64,000 nucleotides of DNA. Origin: Bacteroidia bacterium. GTDB lineage: Bacteria > Bacteroidota > Bacteroidia > UKL13-3. Each line of letters begins with the position of its first letter. The first letter of the stretch is position 1. Positions 47,988 through 54,178 of the stretch are shown in pieces. Under the pieces are notes generated by a model. It ran no database searches, was not told the DNA's origin, and saw only the letters and a list, made by a program, of their open reading frames with translations. Location: positions 14,789 to 78,788 of the forward strand of contig JBAYIE010000020.1 in assembly GCA_041665785.1 (NCBI GenBank), written 5' to 3'. The position numbers and the translations under genes were made by a program.

Positions 47988-48232
47988 GCTCCGTATTTCT
48001 TCGCCAAACTTTTTTCCAGTTCGCGCTTGTAATCAAATCGGCGGGGGGCTTTTACAGAACCCATCAATTGCTTTACCCGGGGTGATAATTCAGCAGGATC
48101 CTTTTCTTTATGTACCAGGGCGCGCAGGTAGGTTTCAATAATTTCGGACAGACTGCGTCCTGTTTTACCTGCAAAGACCTTCGCCCGGTCAATAATATCT
48201 TTGTCTACAGTGAGGGTTAACTTGGTTGCCAT
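47984..48232 (-). CDS. type II antitoxin (small, DUF6364-like) paired with the PIN toxin
   Basis: 82 aa, MATKLTLTVDKDIIDRAKVFAGKTGRSLSEIIETYLRAL. Translationally coupled to the PIN gene. Confidence 0.75.
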   Translation of the reverse strand: MATKLTLTVDKDIIDRAKVFAGKTGRSLSEIIETYLRALVHKEKDPAELSPRVKQLMGSVKAPRRFDYKRELEKSLAKKYGA

Positions 48233-48326
48233 TACACGTATGAATATGCATACAAAGATACGTGTAAGAATTAAATTTTCAAAACGAATCTAACGTACTT
48301 TGTAATCTGCTAATCCTGAATTAAAA

Positions 48327-48408
48327 CCACACGAACGGAATCCTCCTATCTGGAAAGGCTAACCATGCATGGGAGTGGCACACGGACTGAAAGTCAGCGT
48401 GAACGGGG
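48327..48408 (+). repeat. composite repeat: hairpin-less half-site, spacer, REP-like hairpin
   Basis: CCACACGAACGG…gcatgggagtggCACACGGACTGAAAGTCAGCGTGAACGGGG. Ends 1 nt before the stop of the 48410 gene. Confidence 0.8.
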
Positions 48409-48409
48409 T

Positions 48410-48670
48410 TTATAACAGCCTATGGAAAAACCAATTGATAAACCAATAGATTGACAGCACACCTGGCACTGCAAATATTTGCGCTATCTCCATTCTTAAA
48501 TCCAGTAGTGCACCATACTTTTTTTGGCGTCCCCTACTCATAATAGCATTAAGCAATAAAAAGTTGAAAGAAAGCGTGGCGACATCGTGTCCATAAAACT
48601 TCCATGAAATAAACATGGTGATGGCAAAAGCAATGATAAAGGCGGTGCCAATTTTTCCCTGGGTGTTCAT
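48410..48670 (-). CDS. small hypothetical membrane protein
   Basis: About 86 aa from MNTQGKIGTAFIIAFAITMFI…, with 2-3 hydrophobic helices. No family recognised. Confidence 0.45.
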   Translation of the reverse strand: MNTQGKIGTAFIIAFAITMFISWKFYGHDVATLSFNFLLLNAIMSRGRQKKYGALLDLRMEIAQIFAVPGVLSIYWFINWFFHRLL

Positions 48671-48996
48671 CGTATTTATTTTAAATCGAAGCACACTTTT
48701 ATACTGAAGTTGTTTTGTGTGCTACTCAAACTTAATGAACATAAATTACTATTCGTGTTTTGTTTGCATTAATTATTGATGATACTTCGCAAGAAAAAAC
48801 GAACTGATTAGAAGCTTAGTCTTCATAAAAGTTGCCGATAACGTTTGTCAATGTGCAACTCAAACTTAATATACTAAAGTTAGTATGAAGCCTTTGTTTG
48901 AATCAATGACAGATGATTTTTAGCAAGAAAATTCGAACTGAAAACGACCGCACAGATGGGATCCTGCAATACGAAAGAACTCCGCTCATTTAAGAA

Positions 48997-49093
48997 GCAC
49001 ACGGACTGCAAGTCCGCGTGAACGGAATACTACGACCGGGACAGGCTTTCAACGCATGCGTGCAACACACAGACTGAAAGTCTGCGTGAACGG
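48997..49093 (+). repeat. complete dimeric composite repeat (hairpin, 40-nt spacer, hairpin)
   Basis: gCACACGGACTGCAAGTCCGCGTGAACGG (48997-49025) and CACACAGACTGAAAGTCTGCGTGAACGG (49066-49093). The second copy carries a compensatory G:C to A:T stem change. Confidence 0.85.
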
Positions 49094-49099
49094 CTCCAA

Positions 49100-49756
49100 T
49101 TATTGCTTTAGCCAAACCTGATCAGGTGCCCATTGAATACGTAGTGCACCGTATTTGGCATTATAAAGCACAGTTCTTGATGAATCAGGGTAGCCTTTTA
49201 GATTATATCCTTTGTACGAAACACCATTAATAACTACACTATCCAAATAGCGCTTTTCATCGCTTATCCACATCAAGCCTAAGCCACTGATTATTTTGGA
49301 ATAATTTATCTCAACATTAAAAGTTGAAGAAGGCGGATTCTTCGGATAATAGGTTAAAACAGGAATAGAAAGGGTTAATGTTAAGGTTTTGAATTGGGCA
49401 TTTGAGCTCTGATAGTAATAGTTGATGTATTCGTAATAAAAATCTTTTCCAGGACAATCGGGATAAATGCCTTCCTGATCATGCTTCCAGGTATAATTGC
49501 CGTTACTCCCTTTCCCAACTAATACAGCAGTATCTTTTTGATTGCTTACATATATTAACGTATCTTTTGCATTGAATGGAATCAAGGCCAATTCAGCTTC
49601 CGGAATATTGTAATACAGATCCGGATAAACTGTACATTCAAGACCATTTCCAAAATTGCAGGATGAAAACAACCATGTTATCAAAAACAATATTATGATC
49701 CGGTTTGAACCGAAGCATTGTTTGCAAGGTTTCGAGTTTGTTGTAAACCTTTTCAT
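49100..49756 (-). CDS. hypothetical lipoprotein (paralogue of 46789..47415)
   Basis: Lipobox …LFSSC. See the paralogue for the shared motifs. Confidence 0.7.
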   Translation of the reverse strand: MKRFTTNSKPCKQCFGSNRIIILFLITWLFSSCNFGNGLECTVYPDLYYNIPEAELALIPFNAKDTLIYVSNQKDTAVLVGKGSNGNYTWKHDQEGIYPDCPGKDFYYEYINYYYQSSNAQFKTLTLTLSIPVLTYYPKNPPSSTFNVEINYSKIISGLGLMWISDEKRYLDSVVINGVSYKGYNLKGYPDSSRTVLYNAKYGALRIQWAPDQVWLKQ

Positions 49757-49762
49757 CTTATT

Positions 49763-49785
49763 CCGTTCACGTGGTCAGCCTGTCC
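49763..49785 (-). repeat. degenerate REP-like repeat copy (reverse orientation)
   Basis: ccgttcacgtggtcagcctgtcc, between the M36 gene stop and the lipoprotein gene start. Confidence 0.5.
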
Positions 49786-49824
49786 TTAGTGCTTGATGCC
49801 GTCGGCGAGAACACATAAACGAAT

Positions 49825-52407
49825 TTACTCCACCACCACCTTGGTCTGATAACTCAAGGCGCCGTTGCTGATGCGCAGGATATACATTCCCTTTTCGATT
49901 TGGGTTAATGCCAGTTCAATGCGTGCGTCGAGGTCGATTGTATGTGCTTGCGACAAGACCCGTTTACCGGCTATGTCGAACAACTCTATGTTTACATTTC
50001 CAGCCATATCGGGCAGGGCAATGTTTAACCGGTCTTTGGCCGGATTGGGATATACATGAATTTGCTGCCAGGCGGTAGCCTCATTTAAACCACTGTTGAG
50101 GTCGGGAGGTAAATTATACCCTTCGCTTCCATCGGTGGCGCTGAGGGATGATGCCTGATTGGCAGAATATCCTAACCCACGACGGGCGAATCCTTTCCAC
50201 AACAAGGCTTTGTTGGCTCCTCCGTTGCGAATGCTATCGGCCAGGATGATGGCATTTCGGGAATCCACAAAGCCGGGATTGCAGGGCTGGTATTTCAACC
50301 CGTCTACTACCAATTGCAGCATTTTGTTGTTACCTCCGATATCGGTTTGATACAGGTCGGGATTGAATCCGTATTTGTCGACCATATCCCAATACAAATC
50401 GTACAGCATGGTACACCAAACTGAACCTACACCATGCGGTACAGACACCGATTTGATATAATTGTAAGTCATCGGATTGATGCTCATGTTTTTTGAATAG
50501 CGGAAAGGACGAATACCCAACCCGAGACTATCCTGTCCGCTGAGCCAGGTACCGATACCGCGGGCACGGGTAGAATCGCTTGCTTTGGAAGTAAGGCACA
50601 GGCCAAAGAAATCGCTCCAGCCCTCGCCGGCCTGCTCGGTGTTGCCCAGACAACTCGAGTTTGCAGGACCACCGGTAAGGCGATTGGAAATGCCGTGACC
50701 GTATTCATGCGTTATTACGGCATTGTCTAAATCCGAATCAAACAAGGCATATGCATCGCTGTCGCCCAACAAGGTTACATAAATACTGTCGGCCAGAAGA
50801 TTGCTTCTTAAATTATCACCCAGAGTTTTAGAAATCATAACGGCGGGTATGGTTAATCCGGCACCCGAACCCGACATGGATGAAGGTGGAAAGCTGTTGT
50901 TGTTTACTACAATTACAGCTATGGCTCCGGCTTCCTGGGCTTTGGTAACTTTGGTTAAATAATTACAACTGCTACCGCGATACAACAAGGCAATTTTTCC
51001 GGTAAGGTCGTTGGTAATGGTATTGCAGGCCGTATTACCCGAAGATCCATCGATGGCCAGCATCAATTGTCCGGAAATATCGGTCAGAATGGGCGGTCCA
51101 AACAAAGCCTGAGGGGCATTAAAAGTTCCTGCATTGGAAGAATTGTGTATGATCAGGTTGGAATCGCCGGCTTCTCCATTGGTCCACATATACATTTGCA
51201 TGCGGGGAATTTTTCCATCTACCGGAGAAGCAAAATTAGCATTGTTGGTACCGCTGCCGTCCATGGCATCGGCACGCACCGGATCCAATGCCGTACCGCC
51301 TTTGCCGTAATTGTTGGACTGGAAGTTTCCGGCTACTTCATCGAAACCGTAGTTGTAAAAAATATCGTGAATGAGGTTATTCCAGTAAAACACATTGGTA
51401 ATAGACGCATTGGTATTTTGCTGTTTTGTACCCCGCACATTGTACGGAAAATCAAAGGTGAGGTTTACACCTCCATTCGGACTGTATCCGGGAATGTTTT
51501 TATTGGACGTGTCTTCGCTGGCAAATACATTATTACCGCGGGTAATGGTAAAATCAGGTCCGGCCACTCCATCGGTATCGTGCCAGCCAAAGGGCGAACC
51601 GTTGGTGGTAGCCGATCCGCTTTTGATGGTATGCTCCCCGTACTGTGGATTTTCAATAGGCAAAGGCAAAACATAGTACTGGCCTTCTCCGGTTTTTCCG
51701 TAGGTGCCACCCGAAGTTTCGTCGCTTGCCTGCAGAAAATGATTCTCGTGTGCATGATTGTTAACACCTTCATGGATCACCGCCGGATCGCAATGCACGG
51801 TCCAGTTGTTGCGTTCCAGAATTTCGCCGGTTAATGCATCAACCCGCGCATTCCACCAGTCGCCGGTTTCGTTGTCAAACAATTCCACATTCCAAACCAA
51901 TTTCAACCCGCTTTCCTGTCCGAGGTAATAGGCTTTGATATTTACGGGCTCGGGCGAGATCCGGGTATCTTCGATGGTAAGCACGCCTTGTGCCGATACT
52001 CCGGCCTTGGCCACCACGGTTGGTATGGCTTTATCAATTTGTTGTGCAAAATTTTGCAAGGCCTGAACGGGTTGCACCACCGGTTGGGTGGCATTTATTT
52101 TTTGATCGGCATTGGCATAAAACCGGTTGTGCCAGGTAATCACATTGCCGTTGCGATCGAGGTGAATGGCTGAATTGGCATCAAAGATCTCACGTCCCTG
52201 CACCACCTGGCGTGTATAAATATGTGTTATTCCGGTAGTTTTTTCGGTGTATTGACTGGTGATGACACAGCTTTTTACATCATCGGCAGTGAGTCCGAAT
52301 GAGGCTGCTTTTTGCAGATAAAGGGTCCGCACAGCGTCGTTGGAATACTGGGCAAAGCCGGTGGAAGTGGAAAACAAGGCGAGGAAAACGATGATGAGTC
52401 TTTTCAT
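49825..52407 (-). CDS. M36 (fungalysin-type) zinc metallopeptidase with a PA-like insert and a T9SS C-terminal sorting domain
   Basis: Signal peptide, zinc motif VITHEYGHGISNRL, C-terminal VYPNPAKDRLNI…GMYILRISNG…KVVVE. Confidence 0.88.
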   Translation of the reverse strand: MKRLIIVFLALFSTSTGFAQYSNDAVRTLYLQKAASFGLTADDVKSCVITSQYTEKTTGITHIYTRQVVQGREIFDANSAIHLDRNGNVITWHNRFYANADQKINATQPVVQPVQALQNFAQQIDKAIPTVVAKAGVSAQGVLTIEDTRISPEPVNIKAYYLGQESGLKLVWNVELFDNETGDWWNARVDALTGEILERNNWTVHCDPAVIHEGVNNHAHENHFLQASDETSGGTYGKTGEGQYYVLPLPIENPQYGEHTIKSGSATTNGSPFGWHDTDGVAGPDFTITRGNNVFASEDTSNKNIPGYSPNGGVNLTFDFPYNVRGTKQQNTNASITNVFYWNNLIHDIFYNYGFDEVAGNFQSNNYGKGGTALDPVRADAMDGSGTNNANFASPVDGKIPRMQMYMWTNGEAGDSNLIIHNSSNAGTFNAPQALFGPPILTDISGQLMLAIDGSSGNTACNTITNDLTGKIALLYRGSSCNYLTKVTKAQEAGAIAVIVVNNNSFPPSSMSGSGAGLTIPAVMISKTLGDNLRSNLLADSIYVTLLGDSDAYALFDSDLDNAVITHEYGHGISNRLTGGPANSSCLGNTEQAGEGWSDFFGLCLTSKASDSTRARGIGTWLSGQDSLGLGIRPFRYSKNMSINPMTYNYIKSVSVPHGVGSVWCTMLYDLYWDMVDKYGFNPDLYQTDIGGNNKMLQLVVDGLKYQPCNPGFVDSRNAIILADSIRNGGANKALLWKGFARRGLGYSANQASSLSATDGSEGYNLPPDLNSGLNEATAWQQIHVYPNPAKDRLNIALPDMAGNVNIELFDIAGKRVLSQAHTIDLDARIELALTQIEKGMYILRISNGALSYQTKVVVE

Positions 52408-52426
52408 GTTGGATTGGTCAGTAACT

Positions 52427-52434
52427 CAAAGATA
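52427..52434 (-). promoter_or_regulatory. Bacteroidota -7 box (TATCTTTG on the minus strand)
   Basis: Matches TAnnTTTG, 19 nt upstream of the M36 ATG. Confidence 0.4.
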
Positions 52435-52532
52435 ACCAAACAAATCGACGAAATCAAATACATAGAACGGGTGACAGAATGCTGACGATTCTGGCAGTAT
52501 TCATAGAATGGAAGATCTTTTTTGTGGGCGCC

Positions 52533-52659
52533 GCCCATGAAGTATGCGCGGAATATATTCTTCTAATAAAAAAGAATCTCACACGCTTAACTTCATGGGC
52601 CGGGCTTTTCGCTGCAAGTCCTCGCTGCGCTGTGGGCTTTCCGCTGCAATCCCTGGCGC
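52533..52659 (+). repeat. composite repeat, left arm (68-nt hairpin plus GCTGCAATCCCT-type segment)
   Basis: Hairpin arms GCCCATGAAGT (52533-52543) / ACTTCATGGGC (52590-52600), then CGGGCTTTTCGCTGC…CCGCTGCAATCCCTGGCGC. Confidence 0.75.
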
Positions 52660-52841
52660 AGGCATTCTGCTCATTTGTTAATGCATTCAAAACTTTAGCT
52701 CTCCTCTATGGAATTAAGTTTTAATTAAATAAGAGCATCGGAAATAACCATGAATAATAAATACAGGAGCAACCGCAAAACTGAATTAAACGCTCATTTT
52801 TTAATAAATGGGAATGATTATAAGTATATACTAATAATATA

Positions 52842-52849
52842 TACCTTTG
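52842..52849 (+). promoter_or_regulatory. Bacteroidota -7 box TACCTTTG
   Basis: Matches TAnnTTTG, 6 nt before the ATG at 52856. It overlaps the ORF-track TTG start at 52847. Confidence 0.4.
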
Positions 52850-52855
52850 TGTATT

Positions 52856-53086
52856 ATGAAAGTACTATCATTAAAATTGGACGACAAAATTTTTGATGAA
52901 ACGGAAGAGATGACTTCGAAGCTGCATCGGACCCGAAATCGTTATATCAACGAAGCAGTTAGTATTTACAACCGTTTTAATAAAAGAAGGCTTTTAAAAA
53001 ATCAACTGGCCAATGAATCAGTATTAACCAGTCGGGATTCGATGGATATGCTACGAGAATTCGAAAAAATAGCGGATGAAGATTAA
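52856..53086 (+). CDS. ribbon-helix-helix (CopG-like) antitoxin
   Basis: MKVLSLKLDDKIFDETEEMTSKLHRTRNRYINEAV. Overlaps the MazF-like gene by 11 nt. Confidence 0.75.
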   Translation: MKVLSLKLDDKIFDETEEMTSKLHRTRNRYINEAVSIYNRFNKRRLLKNQLANESVLTSRDSMDMLREFEKIADED

Positions 53087-53411
53087 GCAGTTCGATATTT
53101 GGTTGGCAGATCTGAATCCAAGCCGAGGAACGGAACCCGGAAAGACAAGACCTGTGGTGATTGTTCAGACAGACCTGTTGAACGATATACACTTATCGAC
53201 ATTGATTTGTCCGGTTACCACGAATGTAAATCCTGAAATTAAACTATTACGTGTTCATTTGAAAAAGAATCAGCTCGATAAACCAAGCGATATCTTGGTG
53301 GATCAGGTTCGGGCCATAGATAATAAACGGCTGATAAATCGTTTGGGAAAACTAAATAGCGATCAACAAAACAAGCTAAAAGAAAACCTGAGGATTGTTT
53401 TTGATCTTTAA
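53076..53411 (+). CDS. type II toxin, PemK/MazF family endoribonuclease
   Basis: FDIWLADLNPSRGTEPGKTRPVVIVQTDLLN, the classic MazF/PemK N-terminal pattern. Confidence 0.88.
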   Translation: MKIKQFDIWLADLNPSRGTEPGKTRPVVIVQTDLLNDIHLSTLICPVTTNVNPEIKLLRVHLKKNQLDKPSDILVDQVRAIDNKRLINRLGKLNSDQQNKLKENLRIVFDL

Positions 53412-53460
53412 ATTTTGCCATAGAAATCCGAATCTGACCGAAGAAATTCTGGCTTAGGCT

Positions 53461-53612
53461 GCACGAGGGATTGAGCGGCCTGTTTGAGCTCTTTTATAAA
53501 GTAGGCGATAGCCATACTTTATGAAAAGCGAGTAGCGAAAGCCCGACCCCTGTAGTATGCGCTGCAGGTGTTTTATAATTTGATAAGCATTTCACGCGCT
53601 TAACTACAGGGG
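53461..53612 (-). repeat. composite repeat, right arm (inverted relative to 52533..52659)
   Basis: GCACGAGGGATTGAGCGG … GCGAGTAGCGAAAGCCCG, then a hairpin with arms CCCCTGTAGT (53547-53556) / ACTACAGGGG (53603-53612). Confidence 0.75.
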
Positions 53613-53630
53613 ACGTGCCCAAAAAAAGAA

Positions 53631-54131
53631 TCAGCTTAAATTTATTAAAACCTGTCCTTTTTCGACGGCGGTTTTTTCTTCGATGCATACTTTTTGCACC
53701 ACTGCATCGGCATGCGACTTGATGATGTTTTCCATTTTCATGGCTTCGAGTACCAGCAAGGGATCGCCCTTTTTTACGGAATCGCCGGCAGCAACCATGA
53801 TCCGCAGCACCATACCGGGCATGGGCGCTTTGATATCGTTTTGTTTGGTTTCGGTCAGCTTATCGAGGTTAAGCGCTTTGAGCAATAAATCGTATTGATC
53901 TTTTACTTCGAGTGTTTGCTTGATGCCATTCACCATAAGTTCTATGGTTTTGTCTGCTTCGTTGCGGGAAATCAATTCCAGGGTAACCGACCGATGTCCG
54001 ATCAGCGCATGGTATTTGTTTGCGGAAAGACGAATCAGATCAGACTCCATGGCTTGCCCATCAACCCAAAACCGCTCTCCTTTGAATTCAACCGTATATG
54101 TTTTTTCTGCTGTTGTTTTTACCTGTAACAT
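53631..54131 (-). CDS. biotin carboxyl carrier protein (biotin/lipoyl attachment domain)
   Basis: C-terminal biotinylation motif LEAMKMEN. Start set at MLQVKTT (54131); the longer ORF would overlap the divergent aminopeptidase gene. Confidence 0.8.
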   Translation of the reverse strand: MLQVKTTAEKTYTVEFKGERFWVDGQAMESDLIRLSANKYHALIGHRSVTLELISRNEADKTIELMVNGIKQTLEVKDQYDLLLKALNLDKLTETKQNDIKAPMPGMVLRIMVAAGDSVKKGDPLLVLEAMKMENIIKSHADAVVQKVCIEEKTAVEKGQVLINLS

Positions 54132-54178
54132 CTTTTCAAATCCATTTAAAATACCTTTCTTGTGCTCAAATTCACTCC

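Noticed and set aside
44611-49785. The recurring ~29-nt hairpin repeat might be a CRISPR array.
   Set aside because: Spacing between copies is irregular, from about 40 nt to more than 1 kb. The intervals contain whole genes. Copies occur in both orientations. No cas genes or leader are present in the window.
45797-49785. An integron-like cassette array (co-oriented small genes, a TA module, a hairpin after each gene), with the repeats acting as attC sites.
   Set aside because: No intI-type tyrosine recombinase or attI is present in the window. The ends of the composite repeats are direct (…GAACG … GAACGG), not the inverted RYYYAAC / GTTRRRY pair expected for attC, and the hairpin is much shorter than typical attC sites. 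I kept it only as something an attC covariance-model scan could formally exclude.
51067-51834. A 255-aa plus-strand ORF (with nested 51395..51676 and minus-strand 51465..51773).
   Set aside because: It lies entirely inside the 860-aa M36 peptidase gene, which has clear catalytic and sorting motifs. The antisense product has no recognisable features.
52454-52724. ORFs 52454..52690 (minus) and 52479..52724 (plus) between the M36 gene and the TA module.
   Set aside because: They translate the composite repeat (…GLFAASPRCAVGFPLQSL…), a pattern typical of intergenic repeat families. There is no start context or partner homology.
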